Position numbers and translations under genes: made by a program. A model generated the notes under the pieces. It did not search any database. It was given only the letters and a program-made list of their open reading frames with translations, and was not told the DNA's origin. A DNA stretch of 64,000 nucleotides from the human T2T-CHM13v2.0 reference genome, Homo sapiens: the NCBI RefSeq assembly GCF_009914755.1, contig NC_060938.1, one strand, 5' to 3'. Position 1 is the first letter of the stretch; the number at the start of each line of letters is the position of its first letter. Of this stretch, positions 12,331-32,099 are shown piece by piece.

Positions 12331-14383
12331 GCTATCAGAATGGCCTTGTGATCCGCAGCCTCTCTGCGCGGCAGGCTCTCGTTCTCCCCCTCCCGCCCCT
12401 CCTCCCTCTAGTCAGTGAGATGGTGAAATAAATGTTCTGGAAAAAGGTTAACCCTCCCCGCTCTGGTTCCGAGGGTGAGAGGAGGTTAACCTCTAAGCAC
12501 TTCCTTGGCCTTAAGTGCCAGCCCGGAGCACAGGTGTCAGCGCCGTCCTTGGGTGGGTCACCATCCTCCCGCTCTCCTCTTTCACACCCCCAGCTTTCTT
12601 CCTGCTCCCTGGGGTCTTTCACAAAGCGGTATTTTTAATAGAGGCTTTTCAGCAAGCTCAAGTGTAAGTCTTTGAGTCATCAAAACCCGGATGTAAACAC
12701 AGCAGCCCTGCATTCTGCACAGTTTGCGTGTATTTTATCTTTTTAATAATATTTAGCTGGCAACTTAAAACTGCAAGGATGCCAGATATTTTAGCCAGCC
12801 ACTTACATCATGCAGCATCCATCTTGGGGAGAGTGGTGGCGGGTCCTTTCCTTGTTCTCTTGCTCCCTGCCGCCTACCTGAGACCGCAGGAAATCTGGGT
12901 CTTTCTGAAGGCATCTTCTTGTGGTGTAGTCCCCTTGGAACCGCGGCCTTTAGAATGAACATGACATCACCTTGGGCAACAACGACAGAGGGTGTGTTCC
13001 TGTAGGAGACAAGACACGGGGAGATCCAAGGTGAAACAGATCTATCATTTACGCTGCGCCAATTTCAGGTGTGTGAGGGTGCACAGTCTGGATCATCAGC
13101 CCCCCATTTAGCACGAACTGCCGTTTGAAACACAGTCTGATTTAATGTACAGAAACAAAATAGCACATTCAGATTTGGTATATTTTCAGGCCTGTAATGC
13201 CAACACTCCGGGTGGCCTGTTTAATGGGGAAAAAATGAAATATTCCACTCCAGCCCAGGCCTATGGAAACCAAAGAGGTTTAGTGATTTATTTACATTGG
13301 GGGTAAAAACGGTGAGCAGTATTCCTTCTCGGCTCGCTACTTCCTGAAGGTTTCCTGAACCTAAACATTCGTTAACATCCCAGGAAGGGAACTTATTTTT
13401 CCTGTGGCTTTCAATATTTTCTGCTAAATATATTTCGGCACACTGTTTATCTTGGGCTTCAGCTTTCAGACCTTTATGCACTTTTAACACCTTGAGGCTG
13501 TTTCACTGAAAAATGGTGTATGTTAATTAAAGAGGACTTTATGTGCTGGGCATTAAGGCAGGGGGGATTTCTGTTTTGATCTGTCTGTATAATGAGGGGC
13601 TTCAGGATGAAACACAAGTCAGAGGCCTGTTAGCTTCGTGAAGCCCTTTTGACAAAGCGGGACCTTGAATGTGGGCCCTTGTATTCAACACTTGAAGACC
13701 ACAGAATGTTGAACTGAACGAAACATTTCTTCCTAAGTGCATGGTGAACATGGAGGCCAGGAGACGAGAAAGACTGAAAATGCCCCAAGTTCCTGGGGCT
13801 TAGCTGCAATTTCTTTGAACTTGACTGTCTCTGGGTGTCTGCTCGTGATTGTCACGGCAGCTCTGGCCAAGGCGATGCACTCTGTCTCGCTGGAATTTCC
13901 TGATTCCAAAGTAGCCCCTTCCAAATAAATAATCAACAAACGCCATCTGCTTCACCTTGCCAGCAGGCACAGAGCTGAAGGGTTAGCTAAAACCTACAAT
14001 TTTTAGGAGCAGTAGGCTCTTGAGACATTTCAAGATAGGTTTCGACTTGGAATTAAACTAGAGTTAGAGGCAGAAATCAGGTGATTCAGAAAGCAACCCC
14101 CCCTCCCTCCCGCCAACTTCCCCAGACAGTCCAGGCAGCTGGGTTTTTGGCTCTCACAGCTGCTAAGCTTTGGCAAGCCAAAAGCATATTTCGTGGTGGT
14201 GATTCCTTTCCCAGGTTGACGGACATGTTTCTGTACTGAGCACAAGGCATGTTTCCTGACCGTGTGTGAATCAGAGGCTGCATTTTTATCCAGGGCTTCT
14301 GGTGACAGTTTTAAGCTGGATGAACAAAGCAGACCCTGACATGTCCCTGTCATCAAGGTCAAGAGATACAGAATCTATCCTAA

Positions 14384-14739
<356 letters not shown>

Positions 14740-17700
14740 TAATCATGCCAAGAGCAGCCACCACCCCACAAGTCAATGGATGCCCATGTTCATGTGTCAG
14801 ATGTTACCCTTCTCTCTCTCAGTGTTTTTGTAGTGTTTGCTTCTTTGTTGGCTTTGGTGAGAAGATTTACAAAAGCCATTTTGGACCCTTGAGTGCCTTT
14901 CCAGATCGAGGCAAGCTCCAAGATTCCAAACAGCCTTGACCTCGTCTGTGTCGCCCCATTATAGCAGGGATGATAACCGGAGGGGAGTCCTTGGTGTAGC
15001 CCCTCCATACCAGGGCCCGGAGAGCCAGCTTCCCAGAAATCCATGGATTAGGAAACTCTGTCGTGGGCCAGTTCAGGAGCGGCAGGGGGAACAACTCCCT
15101 TTTGTTTTGTTGTCTAGCATGTGACCAGAATGCTGCCAGCTAATTTTAACCCCACCAAAGTACTGCTGGAAAAAAAAAAAAAAAACTATCTTGCATCTGG
15201 AGAGAGAAATGCTGTGGGCTGGATAAAAGCTTTTCAGCCTGTGTTCCTTCCTGTTTCAGTTTCCAAACTTGCATTATCAGTAACCTGAAAAATGATGAGT
15301 TTCACCAAATTCCTGGATGTTGTGCAAGAGGACAATGAGTCTATTTTGGGTGGTGTGAGTGTGTCTGGCATAGACACTGGGAACCATTGTTTTCAGGAGG
15401 GAGAATGTTTTGGGGTTTCCTGGTGCTTTCCTTATAGGGTCTCAAAGCCCCAAGGGGTACTGCTGGGGGGAGAAACCCTCCATGGCAACCATGGAGGCTG
15501 TGCTCTGCAAAAGACCTGGCTGAGAATTGGGTGGTTAGGCCAGTGGGTGGGGGTGAGGGGTGACGTGGCAGTGGTGGCTCCAGAGGTGTTAAAAGGTGCT
15601 CTGTAGGGAGTGTTTGAGGTAGAACGACTGGAGCAGGAAGAAGTGGGGAGAGAGAGATGCTTTCACTGTGGCTGGGCGGCCCCCTGGGACACAGGGCACC
15701 TCTTCTACTAATTCTCCATATCTGCTTTTAGCACCATGCGTGAATGGAGGATTATATGGAGTTCCCCACCCTGGATACTGGATTCTCAAAGCATACCTGT
15801 GGTGGTTCATTGTTGCTGTCTGGCTGGATGGCAGTTGTTGCTAGTGGAAAAGTCCAGAATCGCAAGACCCAGGAAATGAAATGGTTTGGGTGAGACAGCG
15901 TGTAGCTAGGCAGGTGCCGCTGACTGTTCTAGAACTAGATAGTAAGGTGGACTGCCGTTAACCTGAGTGTCCACAACGCAGTCTCGGAAGATAAGGTCAA
16001 CACTGCAGCACTTGCTGCAACCTCAACCAGGAGAGCTTGGTGGCAGTTGTTCTGACAGCTGCAGAGGGCCTCAGCTGCCTAAAAAGCCATTTGCTCAGCC
16101 CTGCCCTGTCTGGCCAACTTCTGTGTATTTCAAGGATCCTCATGGGTCTCTGTGGCCCCCCTCTTTTCTGAGTCCTCAGGCAGACACCATCTTCGGAAGG
16201 GCAGGGAACCCCATGTTCTGCTTCTAACTGGCTGCTATAACCTGCCAGCAGTAGTCAAGATCAGTTGGCAAATCCCTAAATTAAGGTTCTGTTTATTTTG
16301 TTGTTTCAAAGGCTTGTTTTGAGCAAGATGTTGTGCTTTAATTAAAAAGATGAGAGATCATGAGTAAGTGAAAATATTTTTGAATCTTCACAAATAGGTT
16401 TGAATTTCATTTCTTGCGATTCACAGTAGGGGGTCAAGCTGATCAGCACTTTTATCTGTGAGACCATCTAGAAGGTCTTCTGTAAGTTAACAGCTGACTC
16501 TTCTGCACAATAGAATTGTAAAGGGAATCCTCTGTCAAGCATTTGTTCCTTGCTGCTTCTCTGTTTACAGATTTTAGCCAGCCTTCAGCTGTCATTAGGG
16601 CATATTCCTCATTTACCTTTCTAGCCAGAGGATTCCTAAATGTTTCATAATAGCTCCACAGCTGGAATGCAGCTGCTTGGGGTGGAGCAAACATAACTCC
16701 CTATAGGTCAGCGGGTGAGGGAGGGCAGGGAATCTTGGAAGGTTGGGAAAGTCCTTCTAAAGCCAGAGCTCAGGAATGAGTGGGGCCACTGGTGTGAAGA
16801 CTTTCCAGATGGGGGAAGGAAGGGTTCATTTTCTGCCCTCTGGGTAGATTCCAAAAAATCGCTTTGGGGAGGCCAACTATTTTGAAATTGCCTTTAAAGA
16901 AGACAACACAAATGTTTAAACTGACCTGGAAAAGCCTTTCTTTTTCCTTTCCCTACAATCCTAGTCTGTTCCCTTGCACATTAATCAACAGAATTGTGTG
17001 CCCACGATTCTCCCCTCCCTCACCTCTTTTATTATTATTATCTTTGGTTCAGGAAACTTTTGGAAGCTTTCCCAGGCTGGAGCTATAGAATGATTCCAGG
17101 AAAATGCATAGGAGTTTCTGAGTTTTCTCTGGAGGGAGCTGAACATGTTTTTCAGAGAGACGAAGCTAGGGGCAACCAGGTCTTGTGCAAGAATGCAGCC
17201 ACAAAAGAGGGCAGACAGTGCTAAAAAGATCTGTGGACATCCAAAAGTTCTGAAAGCAAGGTGTGGCTTAGTGAGCCTGCCTGTTCCCCACCCCTTCAGT
17301 GTTTTATTATGGCAGCTGCCATGATGTCAGTCCGTGAGCCCAAGCACCCCATCTCAGGGAGATATGCTGAGAACAGCTGGGTGCTGGGGTTTGGACTCTC
17401 AAGTTAGCAGCACTTGTAGTTTCTGCCAAAAGAACACTCCAAGATATAGATGGAAAAGTGCAGGGAGTCAATACTTACCCAGCAGGCAGGGGCCCCACCC
17501 AGACATGGAATGCAATGGACAAAAAAGTGTCCTTGGGCTATTGCTGCCAAGGGTGGTGCCAGCCTTCAGCCTGTGCCAGCGCAGATGCTTTTGAGCCCAG
17601 AAAACACACACAGAACTGCATGCACGCATATATCAGAAACATCTGTCTATACACAAAACCAGAAAGCTACTGGGGAGGTGTGCATAGATGAGGTACAAGA

Positions 17701-17740
17701 GCAAGGGGGACCTGCAGGACCCATCACTGATAGATGTGGC

Positions 17741-18036
17741 TTTTTTTTTTTTTTTTGAAACAGGGTGTTGCTCTGTCGCCCAAGCTGGAGTGCAGTGGCA
17801 TGATCTGGCTCACTGCAATCTCCACCTCCTGGGCTTAAGTGATACTCCTGTTTCAGCCTCCCGAGTAGTTGGGATTACAGGCGCACGCCACCATGCCTGG
17901 CTAATTTTTGTATTTTTAGTAAAGATGGGGTTTCACCATTGGGCCAGGCTGGTCTCAAACTTCTGACCTCAGGTGATCTGCTCACCTTGGTCTCCCAAAG
18001 TACTGGGATTACAGGCGTGAGCCATTGCACCTGGCC
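17741..18036 (-). mobile_element. AluS
   Basis: Full dimer; TSD agatgtg(g/a)ct. Confidence 0.93.
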
Positions 18037-18439
18037 AGATGTGACTCTTGAAAGCAAAGGCAGCTTATATTTCCTGGAAATACACTTCATTCAGGTTGGT
18101 TCACGGGCAAAGGAGACAGAAGTTGCTCCTTAAGGAGAATGCCCTGGGCGAGGGCAGAGCTGCCAGCCACTCTGCAATGGTAGGGCTGCTGCACCCACTG
18201 TGGCCAGGAGAACCTCAGGAGAGGTGAAACAATCAGAGGGTTGTGGTGATAGAAACTAGAGGACACAGCTCCCAGCTCTCCTCGCCCCGTTAGTTTGAAG
18301 ACTGTTACCAGCAGCACTGTCGTGGTTCTGGCAGTAAAATCTCCTTCCTTTCTACCCAGGGACATACCGACTCCGGAAAGCATCTTTCCTACAGCAGGTT
18401 GGGAAGGTGCTTAACAGCCCAGACTTTAGGATATTAATA

Positions 18440-18770
18440 GCAATGATGATAGGCAAGGCTGACATTTATTGGGCACCTCTTATGTGTTGGACATTGTGCT
18501 GGCTGTTTCAATGCATTATCTCTTCTAATCCACACTTAATGAAGTGGATTCAGTTATCGTCCCCATTTTATAGATGAAGTAACTGAAACTCAGAAAGGTT
18601 AAATAACGTTATCTTAGGACACACAGCTAGTAAGTGTTGGCTGAAGTTTGAACTCAGGGTTGCCTGACTCTAGAGGCCTTATCAGACAGATCTGGGTTTG
18701 ATTCTTGACTCATGAGACTTTGTGACCTGTGCCAAGTTTCTGCACCTCCAGGCTTCCTCATCTGTTTTCA
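18440..18770. mobile_element. MIR fragments
   Basis: ccccattttatagatgaagtaactgaaactcagaaaggttaa core plus an opposite-strand fragment. Confidence 0.75.
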
Positions 18771-18840
18771 TTGTTAGACACATCAAATATTGGCAATTTC
18801 ATGTAATTTAGCCTAAACCTGCCTTACAACATTGCTTTAA

Positions 18841-19910
<1,070 letters not shown>

Positions 19911-20397
19911 CATGCCTAAATATACATTTTTATGACGTAATTTTATTGTCACCAAAATAATATGGAAGTGTATGTATGTATGTACTATTTATACCCTTCC
20001 TGTCCCAGCAAAATCTTGGAGCATTCTACTCAGAAGTAGAGATATAATAGTGCTTAGTATATCATGCAGTAGAGTTGGGGCTTTGGAATCAAGTATTTCT
20101 GGGTTGAAATCGTAACTTGGTCTCTTACTGTGCCATTAAGTCATTACTTTATCTCAGCCTCAGTTTTCCCACCTGTAAAATGAAGATAACATTAATTACC
20201 CATGAGGCAGACACTGTTGATTGCTAAAAAGTAGTCACTCCTGCTTTCTTCCTTAGTGCCCTGAATTTGTTTCAGGAGTCCCACACCCCTCAGTTCCACG
20301 TGCCTTGGGGGGAAATCCCAATTAGTCTGAGCTAATCTTAGCATCCCATCCCCCTTGCTAACACTTTGGGGATGGATCTGTGACCGAGTTCTGGTGA

Positions 20398-21130
<733 letters not shown>

Positions 21131-21259
21131 AAACAATTGTCTTTCTGTAGCTGTATGTGTGTCTGCAGTGATGATGGCTGGGGCTACAGCAGCCATCTTG
21201 CTATGATGAAGGCAGCCATTCAGAGAACTAAGTCAACACACTAAAGATGATAGAATGGA

Positions 21260-21659
<400 letters not shown>

Positions 21660-21760
21660 CTATTTCCATCAATTCCTTCATTGTTCAGTGAGGGACCCCT
21701 GGCTCGATCCAGTGGAACCAAGGTTTCTGTGACTTGCAGCCAAAAGCATCCTAACAATCA

Positions 21761-22246
<486 letters not shown>

Positions 22247-22512
22247 TCAGAAGTGGGTGGGTGCTAGAACGATGAAGATGACAATGACGATGAAATTCAA
22301 ACATTATGTTAGTAAATGTCCTAATGGAACTTCTTGGGGCTGTAACAATGGTTCTCCTTTTTACTTCTCATGCCTTTTCTTACCCGGCTCAGAATTAGAC
22401 ATTGCATATACAGGCTTTTCTAATTGTAAGTGGCCACGCTTGTACAATTGGGGTGGTCCTTAATTACCCTGGGGCATGGAAGCCCTGCTACAGGATAAAG
22501 GCAAGAGTGTAC

Positions 22513-22815
22513 TTTTTTTTTTTTTTTTTTTTTTTTTTGAGACAGAGTCTTGCTTTGTCACTCAGGCTGGAGTGTAGTGGCACGATCTCTGCTCACTGCA
22601 ACTTCCACCTCCCAGGCTCAAGCGATGTTGTGCCTCAGACTCCCAAGTATCTGGGATTACAGGCGTGTGACACCATCCGGCTAATTTTTGTATTTTTAGT
22701 AGAGACGAGATTTTGCTATGTTGGCCAGGCTGGTCTCGAACTCCTGGCCTCAAGTGATCCACCCTCCTCATCCTCCCAAAGTGCTGGGATTACAGGCATG
22801 AACCACTGAGCCCAG
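22513..22815 (-). mobile_element. AluS/J
   Basis: Full dimer with long poly-T. Confidence 0.92.
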
Positions 22816-23396
22816 ACTTTAGCGTATAATTTGTAGCTCCAGGAGGAGCCAAGATTTGAAAGCAGAACCATCATACCCACACAACGTAAAGCAGGGCCTT
22901 TGACTTGCCAAAAGCACACCAAGTCCGTCCTCCCTGAGAGACCCAGAGAAGCCCAGCAGACCTCTCCAGCTCGGGTGGGGCTGCCTCTGGGGGCTGCCTG
23001 GCTTTTGGCCAGCTGACCAGGCCATGGAGTGTTGCTCCCTGCCAGCCCCACAGCCCTTTCGAACCTCGTTCCAGGAGAGCTCAGCCACACCAGTGTCTGC
23101 CAGACTCATGTCCGTCCAGCTGTGTGGGCGGCCCTGGCAGCAGGGGACAGGGCAGGGTTTGTGCAAGGACATTGTGGCACCCACAGCAGGGCATGGGAGA
23201 GGCGGTGGCTCACTTCAGGGACGAGTCAGGAAGGAACGTGGAAGAGATGGGGAGCAGAAGCCACAAACTCAAGGCAGCCTCAGCTGCCTTCTCAAAGGCC
23301 ACCTTCACCTTAGAAGCTTGTTCCAGGGTCTCCTTTCCTGCTTGCCCCTCCCCTGTTGAGCTGGGTTCAGCACAGCCCTGCTTCGATGCTCAATTC

Positions 23397-23705
<309 letters not shown>

Positions 23706-25169
23706 ACTGACGCTCAAGTCTGTTCACCAAATCTTTATTGAGAATACTTTATGTAAGATGCCATATTCCTCCTGGCTAATGGTGGGGTGGGGTGAGAGAT
23801 ACCGAGAGCAAGATCAGAGTAGAAAGGACCTCAGAATGGCCTTTAAACTTGGGTGCCTCAGAACTCCAAAGCCCAAGTATTTAAGAAAGAAAAAAAGACT
23901 GCTGCAGTTTAATCTAGGGCAGGGATAGGGTCCTGTCCACTCTGCCTTGAGTCAGAGACTCCATGGATAACATCCAAACAACCCTGACCCAGACCAGGGG
24001 GGGATATAGAAGCCCAGAGAGGTGAAATGACCTCCCTCAGTCACACAGCAAGTTGGAGGCCCACTCAGGTTCAAAGTCAAGCCCAGTGCCTCGTCCATTG
24101 TACTGTCCTACCCCTTGGCACTTGTTTCAGAGATCAGCTGCGGAGATGGGGCGAGTCACCCAGGAACAGACAGACACACTTGCTACAGACTAAAGAGAAC
24201 AAGTGGTTCTAACTCAGGATGGCAAAGGCTCCCCGGAAGAGGGGCAGGGAGCCGGGCCTAGGGCAGCATGGGCAGGATTGCTCATGGCACATGGCAGGGG
24301 TGGGGAGAGAGGTGGATGTGAGGAAGGAGGCAATTCCAGGCCTCAGAGAACATGATCTGCTAGCGCCTGAAGAAAGACTGGCAATCCAGAGAGCTGGGTT
24401 CCAGCCCTGGCTCTGCCGTGACAAGCCCCTGGGCCAGGGGCCTCCCCTTTGGGCCAGTTTCCTTGCATGTAAAATGGCAAAGAGGGTGGGCTAGTTGGCC
24501 CTACTGTGACATGCTAGGAAGCCTTCTCTCCTCCCACCACCACCAACACCACCCAGGACACTCCCCAGTGTGTGCCAGGTGTCTGGAATTGACACCAGGA
24601 GGGAGTGTCCCTGGCTGCCCTGTGGCACAGCATGGAGCTGGCAGGCCTGCCCAAGGTGTCTGCCCAGAGCTCTGGGAAACAGTGACAAACCATGAGGAGG
24701 CAGGAACTGGAGAAGAACCCGGGCAGGAGCCATTCCTCTTCTGAGAAGTGGTCTTTCCCATCTGGCCCTCTCCAGAAGCTCAGGCCTCTGCCAGGACTTG
24801 TTAGGGTCCCACCACCCCAAAGAGGCGAGGCCTCAAGGGTAGAGGGGTACGAGTCCCTGAACAACCCCAAGCCTCAGTATTCTCATTTGTAAAATGGGTA
24901 AAAATAGCACTTTAGTAGTCTCATTTGTAAAATTGATATCAGTACCTCAGATGATGAAATGAGATAATGCGTGTCAAGGGCCTAGCACAGCGCCTGGTGT
25001 AGGAGCCACACGTCCCAGAGGGCTGCCTGCTGGGGAAGACCGCATAATTTGAAGCCTCCTGACATAAAACAGGCTGGTTGAGGGAGGGCCCTTTCTGTCT
25101 AATACACCACTCGTCGGGACAGGATTGCAAAGGGGGCCTGGGGAGGTGAGCCCACTGGAAAACAATGTG

Positions 25170-25189
25170 TGCGCGCCCCCTGCTGGCTG
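25170..25189 (-). promoter_or_regulatory. CTCF binding motif (consensus match)
   Basis: Minus strand CAGCCAGCAGGGGGCGCGC; core CCAGCAGGGGGCGC at 25173-25186. A weaker co-oriented motif GCAGCAGGTGGTGCT lies at 25239-25253. Confidence 0.75.
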
Positions 25190-26110
25190 CGAGCAGAGGT
25201 CCCGCCTGTCCGCTGGGGGTCTTCAGGTGGTTCGTGTTAGCACCACCTGCTGCTGCCGGGTCAATTGACCCAATATTCACAGATCACCCCCCAGGTGTCA
25301 GGTACCCCGCCAGGCTTTGGGAGGGAAGCAAAATGAGTGAAAGATAAGCTAGGTTTTTGGAGCCAACTAGTTTTGGTGTCGACCACGCATGGGTTCAAGC
25401 CCAGAGACTATCAATATCTGCTTGAATGTTCATTCATTCAACAGAAATGGTTCTGCATCGGGATATAGCAATGAACAAAGGTCCTGGCATCGTGGACTTG
25501 CGGTAATCTTAGACAGAGAACATAATCCCTCAGAGCTTCAGGTTCTCATCTGTAGCATGGAAGACTTCTCTACTCCTTCCCCTCAAACCAGAGGGTAGAG
25601 ACCCTGGGTATGGATTTCAAGGTCGCTGTCATTAGTAGGAACTAACAGTCACCACCAACAGCCATCTCTTCTCAAAGGAAACCTCATCCCTTTGAGCCTG
25701 GGCTGTCATTCATTTGGTTCATTCTGAAGGGACCCTGTCATGCCAATCTCCCCAGGCTCTCCATCTACCAGGAACCCCGGAAGACCCCCGCCCCAAGCCA
25801 TTCTGCTCCAGGGCAATGATAGAGCCCTAACCTCTAATGAGAGGTCATCAGAGTGGATGTGGGAGGATCGTGCAGTTACCCTGCAACTTTCTCTCCAGGT
25901 GACACATGGGTATTTCTCCTTAAATTAATTGGACTGGTTAGCCTCAGTGCCAACCTGGTAGGAACCATCGCCTGCCCGGATTCCTGTTCTCCCCCAGACC
26001 ACTGGGCAAATCCTTCATGGTTGGTAGGGCTTTAAGGGCTAGAAGAGGATAGGAAATATGTTCTTGATGACTTTTTATTAACATCCAATTTTCTACTCCC
26101 CATGGCCTTC

Positions 26111-26113
<3 letters not shown>

Positions 26114-26166
<53 letters not shown>
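26114..26166. repeat. (AC)~26 microsatellite
   Basis: Perfect dinucleotide run. Confidence 0.97.
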
Positions 26167-26167
<1 letters not shown>

Positions 26168-26319
26168 CAAAGGTGAGGATTGGAAGCCAGTTGATGCTGG
26201 AGGAATGCTTTAACACCCCTATCAACACACAACCCAAGTCGGGTCCAGCTTATTCTTTCAAGATGTCCATAGTTTCACCCCACGCTCAGGATATGTATGG
26301 GTGCGTGTGCTTTTGTACA

Positions 26320-26770
26320 CACTCATATAGCAAACTTTGAGCTATAGCCAGGTACTAGGGCAATATTAGTAAACAAAATAGACAAACACAAACACAAAAT
26401 CCTGCCCCACTGGAGCATACATTTGTGTGGGGGGGGCAGGGGGGAGTCTGGGATAGAAAAGTAAATAAGCAAGTAACATAAACATGATGTTTGAGGGTAA
26501 TATGTGTTATGGAGAAAACTAAAGCAAAAAAGAGGGTGCCCCAAAATGAGTGGGGGATTTTAAATGGGGTGGTCAGGGAACGTCTCATTGAAAAAGTAAC
26601 ATTTAAATAAAGACCAAAAGGAGATGAGAGAGTGAGCTATGAAGCTATTTGGTAGAAGAGGGTTCCAGGCAGAAGAAATGGCAAACTCAAAGATACTGAA
26701 GCATGGTCAGAGAGGCTGTCCTAGTGGGAACAAGGAGAGAGGCGATGGGAAGAGGCAGGAGGTGTTGGGC
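26320..26770 (-). mobile_element. L2 fragment
   Basis: gtggtcagggaa…gtaacattt…agacc…ttccaggcaga L2 3'-region motifs. Confidence 0.75.
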
Positions 26771-27384
26771 TCTATTATTAATAAATTATGGTCAGGGGTC
26801 CCCCAATCCCCTTTTCCAACCAATATAGTTAATTTCATCCCTTTTCTTAAAGTTTTGAAACTAATACCTGTCTTGTAAACAAGCCATGACAAAGCTCTAT
26901 TTAGAGAAATATGGTGGGGAGAGGCTAATCAGGGTAGATTTCCTGGAGAGGGAGGTTGGCTGACTTCTTCTCTTTTCAGGTGAAGAAACCAAGACTCAGA
27001 GACAGTCAATAACTTGCCTAAGGTCACAAAGCTAGAAACCGACAGAGAAGGGCTTACATCCATGCTTATCTGGTTTAGAAGCCACTGCTCTTAGCCAGGG
27101 TGCTGCCATGGTGACAGGCCATTTCCATTAGAGGAGAATGATGGCTGTTCATCTGAGGACCCGGAACAACACGGTCTGCGTGGCCATCACTCAGTCAGGG
27201 CAGAGCATGGGTACAGAATCGTGGCATTGTTTGGCTGAGAATCATAGATTCTCAGTGAAGCACAGGCAAGGTGCCAGGCCCCAGGCATGGGGTTTTAGAT
27301 GCATGATCTCATTTAACTCTCATTTTACAGATCAGGAAATTGAGGCCTGTCACGCTTCCTGATCTTGTGTGTATCAGAACAAGA

Positions 27385-28135
<751 letters not shown>

Positions 28136-28146
28136 AATGGCAATGA

Positions 28147-29773
<1,627 letters not shown>

Positions 29774-31741
29774 TAAAAATAGGAAACAAAAACCACCATA
29801 TACCACGGCCTAGAGACAATCGGAGGTCCCTTCAATACCTACACTGGAGGAGGAAAGAAGCCCCCTCCCCCGGAGAATCTTCCACCCATTGCAGGGGTCT
29901 GCTGTGATTTGGGCTCTGTTCTGCTGACAAGGTGGAGCCTGTCATCTATCCCAGACAGAATTATTGCCTCAGATTACATGGTTGATTATCAATTACTTGT
30001 GTTCATATGAGAGCATGTGTGCGTGTGTGCATAAGTGTCTTTGCAAATCATTAAGGGTCGTAATTCTGGATTATCATTGATTAACGTGAGGGAGGCCTGG
30101 TACCTCCAGCAGCCGGGATGGCAGGCCCGCAATTATGTCCCAGCTGATCAGTAATTGGCGTATCACAAGATGATTTCTCTCTCGGCTGCCTACCCCCAGC
30201 CTCTCCTGTCGGCTTCACAATTAGCACCATTGCTCATTCCCTTCCAGCTCAGGCCAAATGCAGAAGCCTGCTTTCTGGCAAGGGGAAGCCGTGGGGCTGT
30301 CTTGAAGACCACCACCCAAATAGAGTGGGGATGGTGGTGTGGGGTCGGTGGCAGAGGCACAATGCGGGGGAGTGGTGCCGGCTTGAACTCTAGCTTCCTG
30401 ATGTCTGGTGCTGCCTTTGTGTCTTATCCTGCTTCCCAGCAAGCTCAGGCACCATTGACCCACCCTCATTGCATGGATGGGGAAACTGAGAACCAGAGAA
30501 GGAATATGGCAAATTAGAAAAAAAAAAAACATCCAAAAGCAATAATTCAGGGCAACATGGCCACACGGGTCCAAGCCCAAAGAGCCCAGGAGGAAGCAGA
30601 GCTATAGAAGGAGCACCCCGACCATCACTCCTATCCTCGGGAAGCTGTCAGGTCGCCACTGGTTGTGTCAGTTTCCTTGAGCAACACAAGCTTTTAGCCT
30701 CCAGAGATTGCACATAGATGCACAGAGCTCCCCGGGGTGGGGAGGAAGCGTACTGAGGAATGTGCAGGTGTACTCCCCGCTGGATTATGAAAACGGCTTC
30801 CTCATGGTTCTCCCCACTTCCAGACTGGGCCCCCAATCTATCCTCCTGTCCAGCCTGCACAACGAACTCCCTGTTGCTCTCAGTTCAGGTCTTCTCGTGC
30901 CCTCTTTTGCCCTAGCCTGGTTGATCCATCACAGACCCCTCCTTGTCCTGGCTCCCTTATCTCCTGTCCTTTGCCCAATCTGATCCCTCCCCCTAAAGCC
31001 CCTGTCCCCTCCTCCCACACTCTTTTGGCTTGGAGCACACACCCTTGGGGGAGGTTTTAATACAGGTGCCCCCACTTGGGCTCCACTCCTGAGAAAGGAA
31101 TTCTGACCTCCCTAGGAACCAGCAGATACAGAAGCAAAAACTTTAGGGATGGCTTTGGAGGCGTGTGAAAGGATGGAGAAGGCAGGGCTGTTCCAGAAAC
31201 CTTCCACATAAAAGACTCTCCCATGGCTGCAAAGCCACCAGGCAGTTTGTTTCTGAGCCTTGCAGCTGTCTTGGCCATTTTCATTTTTATCTACTTAGGT
31301 TGGTCAGCGGGTCATGGCAAGCAGGAGACACAATGCTAATGACTCCGGCTCCACGTGGCGACCATTCAGGAAAAAGCTGCAATGTTCTCTCTGCCACATT
31401 AATCAGAGAAACACATCAAGAGTTGTTGCGTGGAGACAGCTTTCCTCCCAGTACTCGCCCTGCATACTAATCACCACCCCCTCCTGGCGGTGAGTCAGCT
31501 CCAAACCAGGCCGGTGGTGGTAAGGGAAGGCCAGAAACACCAGCTCCATCCACGTGGGGAGCAGCTGGAGGAGCGGGAGCCAGGCCCTCCACCGCCCAAC
31601 ATGCACTGTGTGTGACCATCATGGAGGCCTGGTAGGTGGGGATGGAGCAGTCTGGGAAAGTTCATCCAAACCCAAATCTGGGCTACTTCCTTGTGTCTAG
31701 GTCTTGCCCAAGTCGACCAGAGGAAATGCTCCAGAAGCTGA

Positions 31742-32090
<349 letters not shown>

Positions 32091-32099
32091 TAAAGCAAG

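Larger units (their letters stand above)
9100..13500. promoter_or_regulatory. Repeat-poor regulatory block (enhancer cluster / lncRNA promoter)
   Basis: ~4.4 kb with no recognisable Alu in an otherwise Alu-saturated region; elevated CpG, G/C tracts and clustered TF motifs at ~12.1-12.5 kb. Confidence 0.65.

Noticed and set aside
24881-24933. 15-bp repeat TCTCATTTGTAAAAT twice
   Set aside because: Small duplication within a MIR core; no further support for function.
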